Shown piece after piece: positions 26,458 to 36,377 of a DNA stretch of 44,088 nt (positions are counted from its first letter, which is position 1; every line of letters begins with the position of its first letter). The position numbers were made by a program, and so were the translations under genes. The notes beneath the pieces are model-generated. The model saw only the letters and a list, made by a program, of their open reading frames with translations, made no database searches and was not told the origin of the DNA. Origin of the DNA: an uncultured Nitrospiraceae bacterium (GTDB lineage: Bacteria; Nitrospirota; Thermodesulfovibrionia; Thermodesulfovibrionales; Dissulfurispiraceae); the NCBI GenBank assembly GCA_947085205.1, contig CAMTVO010000034.1, positions 1-44,088 on the forward strand. The letters are read 5' to 3'.

Positions 26458-27341
26458 TAGAAAAACTTATAATAGGGACTGCTAATTTCGGATTAGAATA
26501 CGGGATTGCAAATAAGAAGAAATTGAATAGCGAGGAGGTTTTTGAAATCCTCAGTCTTGCAAAAGAAATGGGCCTTTGGGGAATAGATACGGCAAGGGCA
26601 TACGGTGATGCAGAGATGGTATTAGGGGAATTTTTCAAGAAACACGGCAAGGTTTTTAATGTTATAACCAAACTTCCTAAAAAAGACTATAAAACCACAA
26701 AGGATGTGGAAGACGAGGTTTTTGAGTCAATGAAAAATATGAATATTGAATATATTGACTTTATTCTTCTGCATTCCTATGAAACATACAAATTTTATGG
26801 AAAGCTCATAATACCTGTGCTTCAATCCCTTTGCAGTGATAAGAGTATAGGACGATATGGTGTTTCGGTCTATCATCCTGAAGAGGTTGAAGACATTACA
26901 GGAGCGGTTAAAGATAATTTGGCTATTGAATTTCCATTAAACCTATTTGACCAGAGATTTTTGGGCAGAGATATTATTCATAAGCTAAAGTCTGATGGAG
27001 GCTTCCTGTTTGCACGGTCTATATTTTTACAGGGTTTGTTTTTCCTTGACGAGAAAAGACTTAATGGCAATTTTGCAAAGGTTAAGGATAAAATCGGAAA
27101 GATTAGAGAGATATCAGAAAAATATAACATTAAACCCGAATGCATATCGTTTTTGTTTGCTGCTGAAAAGTCATGGATAGATGGAGTTGTTATAGGTATT
27201 GACACTAAAGAACAGCTTGTTGCCAATATGGAATGTTTTTCAGAGGGAAGCCTGAAAAAATATAAACTAATAGAACCTCTCCTTACAGATATGGCAGTTT
27301 ATGATGAGGAAATTATTTTGCCGTATAGGTGGAAATCATGA
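26454..27341 (+). CDS. Aldo/keto reductase
   Basis: GTANFGLEYG, IDTARAYG.AE, GVSVY and ARSIFLQG. Confidence 0.88.
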   Translation: MIEKLIIGTANFGLEYGIANKKKLNSEEVFEILSLAKEMGLWGIDTARAYGDAEMVLGEFFKKHGKVFNVITKLPKKDYKTTKDVEDEVFESMKNMNIEYIDFILLHSYETYKFYGKLIIPVLQSLCSDKSIGRYGVSVYHPEEVEDITGAVKDNLAIEFPLNLFDQRFLGRDIIHKLKSDGGFLFARSIFLQGLFFLDEKRLNGNFAKVKDKIGKIREISEKYNIKPECISFLFAAEKSWIDGVVIGIDTKEQLVANMECFSEGSLKKYKLIEPLLTDMAVYDEEIILPYRWKS

Positions 27342-29380
27342 AGATTGGTTTGGTCTTACAGGCAAGAAACAGCTCAACGAGATACCCGAAAAAGATGCTT
27401 CATGATTTTTTTGGCAAGCCTGCAATTGAATGGGTTATTGATAGATGCCAGAAGGCTAATACAGATTATAAAATCCTTGCCACATCAGTAGATAAAGATG
27501 ATGATGTGCTCGCTGATATTGCTCAAAACAAGGGCTGGTATGTTGTAAGGGGAGGCGTTGAGGATGTTCTCGGTAGATTTGCAAAGGCTGTAGGGGACTT
27601 TGGATTAGATGTAGCTGCAAGGATAACAGGAGATTGCATATTAACTGATTACAGGCTTGTGGATTACGCCCTCACGAGATTCCATGAATTCAAGGCAGAT
27701 TATCTTGTTCTTACAAATATAATTGATGGATTTGATGTAGAGGTCATAAGCGGCAATGCCATACTCGCGGCAGATAAGAGGGCAAAACTGCCGTCTGAGC
27801 GAGAGCATATAAATCCTTTTATAAGGAAATCAAAGCGATTTAGAGCAATTTATTCTCCTTATGGTAAGGAAAATTTATCTCATATCCATCTAAGCCTTGA
27901 TTATAAGGAAGATGCAGAGGTTATCGCTGATATACTTAGACGACTTGGTAGTCAGGATTTCACTTACGAAGATGTGGCAGGGCTTTTAAAAACAGAGCCC
28001 CATGTTTTAGAAAAGACTAAGCATATCACCCCTAATGTTGGATATCAGAAATCATTGAATGATGATAGAGAGTTTATAAAGAGATTAAAAAGAAAGCCAT
28101 TAAGGCTCAAGAAAAATACAGCACTTTTTGAAAAAGTGAAAAATCTCATCCCCAATTGTTCTCAGACATTCAGCAAGTCTTATCTCCAGTTCAGTGTGGG
28201 GGCTTCTCCGCTTTTTGTTAAGGAAGGGAAGAGATGTTATATAACAGATGTGGATAACAACAAGTTTATTGATTATACGATGGGGCTTGGCGCGTGTACT
28301 CTTGGTTATGCCTTTGAGCCGGTAATGAATGATATAAAAAAGCAGATGAAAAAAGGAAGCGTTTATACGCTCCCGCATCATCTTGAGTATGAGCTTGCAG
28401 AACTTTTAACGCAGATAATACCATGCACTGAGATGGTTAGGTTTGGCAAGAACGGCTCTGATGTGACATCTGCAGCAGTGAGATTAGCAAGGGCATATAC
28501 CGGAAGGGATTATGTGGCGTGCTGCGGTTATCACGGCTGGCAGGAGTGGTATATAGCTACTACAACGAGAAACAAAGGGATTCCTGAAGATGTAAAAAAG
28601 CTGACACTGACATTCCAGTATAACAATTTAGAAAGTTTAGAAAAATTATTTGAACAATACAAAAATAAAATAGCCTGCGTGATTATGGAGCCGGTGAGTT
28701 TAGCGCCGCCAAAAGATGACTTTTTGCAGAAAGTGAAAGAGATAACCCATAAAAATGGGGCTTTGCTTATATTTGATGAGGTGGTTACGGGTTTCAGGTT
28801 TTCTATGGGAGGCGCACAGGAGTTTTTTGGAGTTATACCCGATATAGCGTGTTTTGGAAAGGCTATGGGAAACGGCATGCCCATATCAGCAATAGTCGGA
28901 AAGAAAGAAATAATGAAGCTTTTCGATGAAATCTTTTTTTCCTTCACCTTTGGAGGGGAAACTATTTCAATAGTTTCAGCAATTTCAACCATAAGGTATA
29001 TGATGGAAAATAAGACAATAGAGTATATATGGGAACAAGGGGAAAAGTTTAAAGCCGGCATAGAGAGGCTCATAGAGGAGAAAGAACTCGGTGACATGCT
29101 TTCAATAGACGGCTACTCTGTTAGAACATTATTAAACTTCAAAGGAGAGGAAAGAGAAAGTCTTAAAATGAAGACCTTTTTTCAGCAAGAGTGTGTAAAG
29201 AGAGGCATATTATTTACAGCAGGACATAATATGTCCCTTCCTCACAGTGATGAAATTATTGAGAAAACATTATCTGTATATGATGGGGTAATGGATATAT
29301 TAAAATACAGCATGGAATATGGGATGCTTGATGAGATGATAGAAGGGAGGCTTCTTGAGCCTGTATTTAGAAGGGTTTAG
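27338..29380 (+). CDS. SpsF-type cytidylyltransferase fused to class III (GSA-aminomutase-like) aminotransferase
   Basis: N-terminal QARNSSTRYPKK, RITGDC and EREH. C-terminal KNGSDVT, IFDEVVTGFR and FGKAMGNGMP. Confidence 0.88.
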   Translation: MKIGLVLQARNSSTRYPKKMLHDFFGKPAIEWVIDRCQKANTDYKILATSVDKDDDVLADIAQNKGWYVVRGGVEDVLGRFAKAVGDFGLDVAARITGDCILTDYRLVDYALTRFHEFKADYLVLTNIIDGFDVEVISGNAILAADKRAKLPSEREHINPFIRKSKRFRAIYSPYGKENLSHIHLSLDYKEDAEVIADILRRLGSQDFTYEDVAGLLKTEPHVLEKTKHITPNVGYQKSLNDDREFIKRLKRKPLRLKKNTALFEKVKNLIPNCSQTFSKSYLQFSVGASPLFVKEGKRCYITDVDNNKFIDYTMGLGACTLGYAFEPVMNDIKKQMKKGSVYTLPHHLEYELAELLTQIIPCTEMVRFGKNGSDVTSAAVRLARAYTGRDYVACCGYHGWQEWYIATTTRNKGIPEDVKKLTLTFQYNNLESLEKLFEQYKNKIACVIMEPVSLAPPKDDFLQKVKEITHKNGALLIFDEVVTGFRFSMGGAQEFFGVIPDIACFGKAMGNGMPISAIVGKKEIMKLFDEIFFSFTFGGETISIVSAISTIRYMMENKTIEYIWEQGEKFKAGIERLIEEKELGDMLSIDGYSVRTLLNFKGEERESLKMKTFFQQECVKRGILFTAGHNMSLPHSDEIIEKTLSVYDGVMDILKYSMEYGMLDEMIEGRLLEPVFRRV

Positions 29381-29394
29381 CCTTTAAGGAGGTT

Positions 29395-30582
29395 GTGCAA
29401 TTGAATATAAAGCATGAAATAGAAGACGAACTGGAGCGGTGCACAAGGTGCACGCTTCCGATAACGTGGGAAACCCTTTATTTCGATAATGAAGGGGTCT
29501 GCAATATATGCAGGAACTGGGATGCAAAGCAGAAGGAAGTAAATTGGGAAGATAGAGAAAAACAGATTATCAAGATATTTGAGGAGAGAAAGAAGGAAAA
29601 GGCATCTTATGACTGTATAGTTCCTTTCAGCGGTGGGAAAGATTCCACATTCACCCTCTGGGCGATTGTCAAAAAATATGGACTCAAGCCTCTGGTTGTT
29701 TCTTTTGACCACGGTTTTTATAGACCTCGCACTATTGAGAATAGAACGAGAACATTCAGAAGGCTTGGCGTTGATGTTATAACCTTCACACCTAACTGGC
29801 AGACGGTAAAAAAATTAATGCTTGAGGCCCTTATCAGAAAGGGAGATTTTTGCTGGCACTGCCATGCCGGTATTTTTGCGTATCCAATGAACATAGCCGT
29901 TAAATTTGAAATTCCTCTTCTTATATGGGGCGAGGGCGGTGGTGAGTATGAGGGATATTTTAAATTTGCCGACCTTGAAGAAACAGACGAATGGAAATTC
30001 AACAGGAGGATAATTCTGGGCATGCGCGCGGAGGATATGGCCGGATTTACAGGCGTGGAACTTAGAGATTTGAAGCCGTATATGTATCCTCCTAAAGAAG
30101 AGTTGGAGCGTGTCGGAATAAAAAGCCTTCCACTCGGCAAATATATCCCATGGGATGTAAAAAAACAGGTTGAGATAATAAAAAAAGAACTCCAGTGGAA
30201 AGAGGACGAGATAGAGAGCGGATTCCCTGGACCGACATATGAGAAGATAGAATGCATGTTCACTGGGGTAAGGGATTACATAAAGTATCTCAAGAGAGGT
30301 TTCTCAAGGATAACGCATCTCACAACCCTTGATATTAAGCATGGAAGAATGAGCCGCGCCGAGGCTATGGAGCATATAAAGAGGCTTGAAAAGAGAAAAC
30401 CCAGAAGCCTTGATGTATTTCTTGAATATCTCGGAATTAACGAAGAAGAGTTTAATAAGATTGTATTAAGGCATGTTATATATCCTGCGAAACCCCTTGA
30501 TCCAAAAACACTGTCGGAGGGGTCAAAGCTGTGGGATCAGGATTTGTGGTTTCGGGACAAAGTAAATGAGGAGAAAAAATGA
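29395..30582 (+). CDS. N-acetyl sugar amidotransferase (PseA/WbuX family)
   Basis: CTRC..CNIC, PP-loop SGGKDS and GDFCWHCH. It is followed by hisH and hisF paralogs. Confidence 0.88.
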   Translation: MQLNIKHEIEDELERCTRCTLPITWETLYFDNEGVCNICRNWDAKQKEVNWEDREKQIIKIFEERKKEKASYDCIVPFSGGKDSTFTLWAIVKKYGLKPLVVSFDHGFYRPRTIENRTRTFRRLGVDVITFTPNWQTVKKLMLEALIRKGDFCWHCHAGIFAYPMNIAVKFEIPLLIWGEGGGEYEGYFKFADLEETDEWKFNRRIILGMRAEDMAGFTGVELRDLKPYMYPPKEELERVGIKSLPLGKYIPWDVKKQVEIIKKELQWKEDEIESGFPGPTYEKIECMFTGVRDYIKYLKRGFSRITHLTTLDIKHGRMSRAEAMEHIKRLEKRKPRSLDVFLEYLGINEEEFNKIVLRHVIYPAKPLDPKTLSEGSKLWDQDLWFRDKVNEEKK

Positions 30583-31190
30583 AGATAGGGATAGTGAATA
30601 ACGGCCTCGGAAATGTAGGCTCTGTGCACAGCGCATTTGAATTTTATAAGTATGATGTTATTTTGGCAAACAATCCAAAAGACCTCGATGCATCGGATGT
30701 AATTGTGCTTGCAGGCGTGGGAAATTTCAAGACCGCGGCGGCAAAGTTAAGGCAACTTCAGTTCTGGAATAAGCTCGGCGAAGAGGTAATAGTCAAAAAG
30801 AAGCCGCTGCTCGGTATTTGTCTCGGTATGCAGTTATTTGCAGATGTCAGTTTTGAAGGCGGCGAAAACAAAGGATTGGGCTGGATAAAAGGCAGGGTGG
30901 TAAAGATAGAGGGAGATTTGGTAAAGGTTCCTCATATAGGCTGGGATGAGGTAAAGCCTATGGACGAAATCCTTTTTAAAGGGATGCGTTATAACTCCTT
31001 TTATTTTATGCATAGTTATCACTTTATACCGGAAGACAAGAGTGTGATAAAAGCCGTAACGCAATATGGAGACCTTGAAATTGTTTCTGCCGTAAGAAAA
31101 GACAATATAGTAGGCGTTCAGTTTCATCCTGAAAAGAGTCAGGGAGATGGTTTGAGACTGTTGAGAAACTTTCTGGAGATGTCTAAATGA
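30579..31190 (+). CDS. hisH: HisH-like glutamine amidotransferase subunit (WbuY-type)
   Basis: GICLGMQ, VPHIGW, YFMHSY and QFHPEKS. Confidence 0.9.
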   Translation: MKIGIVNNGLGNVGSVHSAFEFYKYDVILANNPKDLDASDVIVLAGVGNFKTAAAKLRQLQFWNKLGEEVIVKKKPLLGICLGMQLFADVSFEGGENKGLGWIKGRVVKIEGDLVKVPHIGWDEVKPMDEILFKGMRYNSFYFMHSYHFIPEDKSVIKAVTQYGDLEIVSAVRKDNIVGVQFHPEKSQGDGLRLLRNFLEMSK

Positions 31191-31948
31191 CATACAAAAG
31201 GATAATTCCTATTTTTTTGTTGAAAGGAAATCGACTTGTGAAAGGAACCCGATTCGGGGATTTTGTTGATGTCGGAGATCCGCTTTCACAGGCCATGATT
31301 TATGACGCGCAGGGCGCAGACGAGATAATCATTGTGGACATAGACGCGTCAGGGAATAAGCGGCTTATTAATACCGACATAATCAATGCCATGATACATA
31401 AATGCAGATTGCCCATCAGCGCTGGAGGCGGAATTAAAACAATAGAGGATGCAAGGAAATGCTTTGGAGCCGGGGCCGACAAGATAATCATTAATACCTC
31501 TGCTGCTTTAAACCCCTCTTTAATTAAACACTTAGCCGATGAATTCGGTTCCCAATCTGTGGTTGTATCTGTGGATGTGAAGAAAAGCAGGACAGGAAAT
31601 TATGATGTTTACATTTATTCAGGCAGGCAGAAGGCGGCTTTAGATATCATGGAACACATCTCAAGGGTTATTGATTACGGGGCGGGAGAAGTAATCGTAA
31701 CATCCATTGATAAAGAGGGGACGCTTACAGGCTTTGATTACGAGATATACAATAAGCTGAAAAATATTACAAAGGTTCCTTTGATAGCCTCCGGCGGAGC
31801 CGGAAAATATGACGACATGGTCAAGCTTTTCAAAGAAACAGACTGCGATGCCTGCGCTGTAGGAAAGATGTTGTTTCTGAGGGACTATGACATTGTAAAA
31901 TTTAAATCATATCTTAAAGGAAGAAAAATTCCGGTAAGGGATGCATAG
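31187..31948 (+). CDS. hisF: HisF-like cyclase subunit (WbuZ-type)
   Basis: RIIP..LVKG, GADE, GGGI, FGSQSVVVSVD and IASGGAG. Confidence 0.9.
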   Translation: MTYKRIIPIFLLKGNRLVKGTRFGDFVDVGDPLSQAMIYDAQGADEIIIVDIDASGNKRLINTDIINAMIHKCRLPISAGGGIKTIEDARKCFGAGADKIIINTSAALNPSLIKHLADEFGSQSVVVSVDVKKSRTGNYDVYIYSGRQKAALDIMEHISRVIDYGAGEVIVTSIDKEGTLTGFDYEIYNKLKNITKVPLIASGGAGKYDDMVKLFKETDCDACAVGKMLFLRDYDIVKFKSYLKGRKIPVRDA

Positions 31949-31958
31949 GAGCTTGCAT

Positions 31959-32480
31959 ATGAAGATTTCAGGAGAGAGGATTTATTTAAAGATGCTATCC
32001 ATAGAAGATGTTGGAGAAAACTATGCTGCATGGCTGCATGATGAAGAGATTACCCAGTTTCTTGAAATTAGATGGAGGACATTCACGCTTGAAGAGATTA
32101 AAGATTATGTAAAAGCCATGAATGAAAGTCCAAATGACTTTTTATTCGGCATTTTCCTGATGGAAAATGCCGAACATATTGGAAATATAAAGGTTGGAGA
32201 AATAAATCAGATTCACAGATTTGGCGATGTTGGGTTGATTATAGGCAATAAAAATATGTGGGGCAAAGGCTATGGGACCGAGGCAATAAAATTAGCTACT
32301 CAGTATGCCTTTGAAGAACTCAACCTGAATCATTTAAAAGCAGGCCTATATGCTGACAATACAGGGTGCTACAAAGCCTTTCTTAAAGCTGATTATAGAG
32401 AAGTCGGCAGGTATAAGAAAAGCAGGTTTTATAAAGGGAGATTTGTTGATGAAATACTGTTGGAGAAGTGCAAGGGGTGA
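31959..32480 (+). CDS. GNAT N-acetyltransferase (RimJ/RimL-like)
   Basis: HIGNIK and WGKGYGTEAI. The start could be 31941 or 31959. Confidence 0.85.
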   Translation: MKISGERIYLKMLSIEDVGENYAAWLHDEEITQFLEIRWRTFTLEEIKDYVKAMNESPNDFLFGIFLMENAEHIGNIKVGEINQIHRFGDVGLIIGNKNMWGKGYGTEAIKLATQYAFEELNLNHLKAGLYADNTGCYKAFLKADYREVGRYKKSRFYKGRFVDEILLEKCKG

Positions 32481-32489
32481 GGCTATTTT

Positions 32490-33539
32490 ATGTTGCGACT
32501 TAAAATTGGTGCAATTGACACGCTGATTCTGTTCGGCGGCGGACAGTTGCTGGTTGACTTTGCAGAGGAATCTTTAAAAAGGGGAATAAAAACTTATGTT
32601 TTTGCAGTTACGAGACATCTTGAGGAAGTTATTGATATAAAAACAGGCTTAACTTTAGCAAAAGCGATGAGAAAACAAAAGATACCTTTTTATCAGGTGA
32701 AGGATATAAACAGGTCGTCTGAATTAAAAGCCATAATAGCTAAAAGCAAAAATGCAATGGGAATAGGTCTTGGTGAGGTATACACCTTTAGCAAAAAGAC
32801 GATAATCTTGTTTGGAGGAAGGCTTTTTGATTTTATGGTTATTAGACTTCCACAATATAGGGGAGGGGCTCATTTCACATGGCAGATTTTAAGAAAAGAC
32901 AGGATTGGCTGCTGGAATATACAGTTAATAAATGAAGAAATGGTACCAGGAGTCTATGACTCAGGAGAGATATTAAAGACAAGAGGATATGCAATCCCAG
33001 AGCAGGCGAGGATACCGCAGGATTATTTCAAGATAGCTCATGAAGAGGCATTGAAATTATTTATTGAGTTTTTGGATGAGGTGCGAAAAGGAAAGGAATT
33101 TAAATTTACCAAACTTCAGGAAAACCTCAGTTCATATTTCCCACGATTATATACATTGAAACATGGTTATATAAACTGGTCATGGGATACAGATGAAATA
33201 GAGACCTTTATCTGTGCCTTTGATGAACCATATCCAGGTGCATCTACATTTTTAAATGGCAGAAGATTTTTTTTGAAAGACTGCAATTCACAATATAGCG
33301 AAGGGAAATTTCATTCATTTATGGCTGGACTTATTTACAGAATTTACAACGGCTCTGTTTATATAGCAGCAAAAGGCGGCTCATTAATTGTTAAGCAAGT
33401 ATTGGATGAAAAGGGCAATAACATTATTCGAGCTTTGAAGGTTGGTCAGCGTTTTTATACTCCGTTGAAATATCTTGAAGATGCAATGTTGTTTAATGCT
33501 GAATATGATACTGAAGGGTTGGTGAAAAGGAAGCGTTAA
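32490..33539 (+). CDS. Formyltransferase-like protein
   Basis: LPQYRGGA..W, DSGEI, INWSW and AFDEPYPGAST of the Fmt fold. Confidence 0.75.
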   Translation: MLRLKIGAIDTLILFGGGQLLVDFAEESLKRGIKTYVFAVTRHLEEVIDIKTGLTLAKAMRKQKIPFYQVKDINRSSELKAIIAKSKNAMGIGLGEVYTFSKKTIILFGGRLFDFMVIRLPQYRGGAHFTWQILRKDRIGCWNIQLINEEMVPGVYDSGEILKTRGYAIPEQARIPQDYFKIAHEEALKLFIEFLDEVRKGKEFKFTKLQENLSSYFPRLYTLKHGYINWSWDTDEIETFICAFDEPYPGASTFLNGRRFFLKDCNSQYSEGKFHSFMAGLIYRIYNGSVYIAAKGGSLIVKQVLDEKGNNIIRALKVGQRFYTPLKYLEDAMLFNAEYDTEGLVKRKR

Positions 33540-33542
33540 TTA

Positions 33543-34838
33543 ATGCACATGAAAGAGCTGCTCAAAAAGATATATCCTTTAAGATTGGCCCCAGTATCCG
33601 AAGATACCGATAAAGCAGTTGAAATACTCTGCAATGAATTGCCCTTTATAGTCCATGAATATAAATCAGGATTAGAACACAATGGCTGGACAGTCCCACA
33701 GAAATGGAAACCTGTCAAAGCCGAGATACGGAAAGATGGAAAACTGATATATGATGGAATGAAGCATCCCTTAGGAGTAGCTGCTTATAGCACTTTTTTT
33801 AAAGGAAAAGTATCTCTTGATGAACTTAGAAAACACCTTTTCTATCATCCGAATCTTCCAGATGCCCTTGTTTATCACTGCGACTATTTTTATAAGCAGT
33901 GGCTTAAAGATTGGGGATTGAGTGTACCCTATAATTTATATAAAAATTTAGAGGATGGAGACTATGAAATAGATATCCAAACAATCTTTGAAGATGGAAC
34001 AATGAATGTGTTGGATTATTTATTAGAAGGTGAAATAGAAGACACAATAATACTCAATGCCCATAACTGCCATGCTGCACAGGCAAATGATGATATATCA
34101 GGTGTTGTAGTCGCTATAGAGGTTATTAAGAGATTACAAAAAAGAGCAACGAGAAAATATAGCTATCGTGTGATTATTGCGCCTGAACATCTTGGAACTG
34201 TTTTCTATTTAGCTCATATCCCAGAGAATGTGGCAAAGACCTTTAAGTATGCCATATTTCTTGAAATGCTTGGTAACAAAAACAGGTTTGCATTGCAAGA
34301 GTCATTTACTGGAGAGAGCTTGATAGATAAGGCTGCACATCATTATCTCAGACACAATTTCCCTGATTATTATTCAGATAAATTCAGAAAGATAGTCGGC
34401 AATGATGAAACCGTATGGGAAGCGCCGGGATATGAGATTCCATGCATCTCTCTTTCGCGCTGGCCTTATCCCGAATATCATTCAAATCTCGACAGCGAAG
34501 ACATAATTCATGAAGAAAAGCTAAAAGAGGCTGTAGAGACAGTCTGGGGAATAATTGACATGCTCGAAACGAACACAGCAATGAAAAGACATTTTAATGG
34601 CCTTGTTGCATTGAGCAATCCAAAATACGACCTGTATATATCCACTTTTGATCCGAGCATAAGGAGTTCAGTCTCTGAGGAGCAAAAAAAATGGAATTAT
34701 TTGATGAACTGTCTGGTCAGATATTTTGATGAAAAGACTACCGTTTTTGATGTAGCGATAAAACATGATATTGAGTATTCAAGGCTTTATCAATATTTAT
34801 TGAAATACAGGGATAAGGGGCTGATTTCTTTTGTCTAA
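33543..34838 (+). CDS. DUF4910 aminopeptidase-like polysaccharide biosynthesis protein
   Basis: WTVP..W, H.CH..ANDD.SG, PEH.G and YPEYHS.LD, with a C-terminal winged helix. Confidence 0.8.
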   Translation: MHMKELLKKIYPLRLAPVSEDTDKAVEILCNELPFIVHEYKSGLEHNGWTVPQKWKPVKAEIRKDGKLIYDGMKHPLGVAAYSTFFKGKVSLDELRKHLFYHPNLPDALVYHCDYFYKQWLKDWGLSVPYNLYKNLEDGDYEIDIQTIFEDGTMNVLDYLLEGEIEDTIILNAHNCHAAQANDDISGVVVAIEVIKRLQKRATRKYSYRVIIAPEHLGTVFYLAHIPENVAKTFKYAIFLEMLGNKNRFALQESFTGESLIDKAAHHYLRHNFPDYYSDKFRKIVGNDETVWEAPGYEIPCISLSRWPYPEYHSNLDSEDIIHEEKLKEAVETVWGIIDMLETNTAMKRHFNGLVALSNPKYDLYISTFDPSIRSSVSEEQKKWNYLMNCLVRYFDEKTTVFDVAIKHDIEYSRLYQYLLKYRDKGLISFV

Positions 34839-35850
34839 GAACGAATCAAAGGTCGTTATCTTAACAGAAGGCAGTACAGGAATAGGATTCGGGCATATAA
34901 CAAGATGCGCCTCATTGTATCAGGCTTTTGAGGAGAAAGGCATTGAACCGCATTTTATAATAAATGGAGATGAAACGGTTAATGATTTGCTGAAAAATAG
35001 AGAATATTCTGTTTTCAACTGGCTGAACGAAAGGGAAAGATTGTTTGGTTTTATAAAAGACGCTGATGCAGTGATTATTGATTCATATCTGGCGGATTAT
35101 GATTTGTATCAAAAAGTATTTAGAGTCATAAAACTACCCGTCTTAATTGAGGACAATAGAAGAATTGATTATCCAAAAGGCATCGTAGTAAATGGCGCTA
35201 TAAATGCAGATGAATTGAGTTATCCTGAGAAAGACGCCGTGATTTATCTGCTTGGCAGTAAGTATGTACCTCTTAGGAAAGAGTTCTGGGATGTTCCGGA
35301 AAAAGAAATAAAAGAAAACATGGAAAGCATAATGATAACTTTTGGCGGCGCTGATATGCAAAATATGACGCCGGCGGTTCTAAGGCTTTTAGTTGACAAA
35401 TATCCGGCATTGCTTAAAAAAGCTATAATAGGAAAAGGATTCAAGGACGTGAGGGAAATAGAGAGGTTAAAGGACAATAAAACAGAATTGATATATTATC
35501 CCGATGCTGAAAGAATGAAAGAAGCGATGCTCGAATCGGATATTGCAATATCAGCAGGAGGGCAGACATTATACGAACTTGCAAGAGTTGGTGTTCCCAC
35601 GATAGCCATGGCAGTCGCTGATAATCAGTTTGTTAATGTAAAGGGATGGCAGAAGGCTGGATTTATCGAATATGCTGGGTGGTGGGAGGATGAAGGGATT
35701 TTTGAGAATATCGTAAAGAGCATGGCAGCATTGCAGAATAAAGATTTAAGGAAAAGGATGTCAGAGGTTGGAAGGTCATTGATTGATGGACAGGGCGCAC
35801 GGAGAGTTATACAGGAGATATCGAACTGGCATGGTGAATCTAAGAAGTAA
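34831..35850 (+). CDS. pseG: UDP-2,4-diacetamido-2,4,6-trideoxy-altropyranose hydrolase (PseG/SpsG)
   Basis: IGFGHITRC, IIDSY, TFGGAD, SAGGQTLYE, ADNQ and DGQGA.RV. Confidence 0.85.
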   Translation: MSKNESKVVILTEGSTGIGFGHITRCASLYQAFEEKGIEPHFIINGDETVNDLLKNREYSVFNWLNERERLFGFIKDADAVIIDSYLADYDLYQKVFRVIKLPVLIEDNRRIDYPKGIVVNGAINADELSYPEKDAVIYLLGSKYVPLRKEFWDVPEKEIKENMESIMITFGGADMQNMTPAVLRLLVDKYPALLKKAIIGKGFKDVREIERLKDNKTELIYYPDAERMKEAMLESDIAISAGGQTLYELARVGVPTIAMAVADNQFVNVKGWQKAGFIEYAGWWEDEGIFENIVKSMAALQNKDLRKRMSEVGRSLIDGQGARRVIQEISNWHGESKK

Positions 35851-36373
35851 TTTTGAATTAGAGGGCGTTCCCCTTGTGAATTTTATAAATCTCAATGATG
35901 AAGAAAAAGAGATGTTAAGAAACTGGCGGAATCATGATGATATAAGAAAATTGATGTATTCAAATCATATTATTTCTCCTGAAGAACATAAAATATTTAT
36001 AGATGGATTAAATGGGGATAATAAAAACTTTTATTGGCTTGTGAAAGGGAATAACGGAGAATATGTTGGAGTTATTTCCTTGAACAGAGTAGATTTTAAT
36101 AATAAAAACTCTTATATCGGAATATACGCGAATCCTGATTGTAACTTGCCCGGCGTTGGACAGATACTGATGGACTGCTTAAAAAAAATTGCTTTTGAAA
36201 TAGCCGGCCTTCATACACTTAAATTAGAAGTGATGGAGACAAACGAAAAAGCAATGAACTTTTACACAAAATCAGGATTTGCTGAGGAGGGGAAATTGAA
36301 GGAGTTTGTTTTTAAAGACGGCAAATGGCAGGATGTGATAATAATGGGGACTGTAAACAAACAAGAGGAATAG
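35831..36373 (+). CDS. pseH: UDP-4-amino-AltNAc N-acetyltransferase
   Basis: WRNH..IR..MY....I..EEH and LEV...N.KA..FY.K.GF. The ATG at 35831 follows AGGAGA. Confidence 0.85.
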   Translation: MVNLRSNFELEGVPLVNFINLNDEEKEMLRNWRNHDDIRKLMYSNHIISPEEHKIFIDGLNGDNKNFYWLVKGNNGEYVGVISLNRVDFNNKNSYIGIYANPDCNLPGVGQILMDCLKKIAFEIAGLHTLKLEVMETNEKAMNFYTKSGFAEEGKLKEFVFKDGKWQDVIIMGTVNKQEE

Positions 36374-36377
36374 GGGC

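Noticed and set aside
30579..31948. Histidine biosynthesis operon
   Set aside because: The hisH/hisF paralogs sit beside a sugar amidotransferase with no other his genes. They are better explained as ammonia donors for glycan modification.
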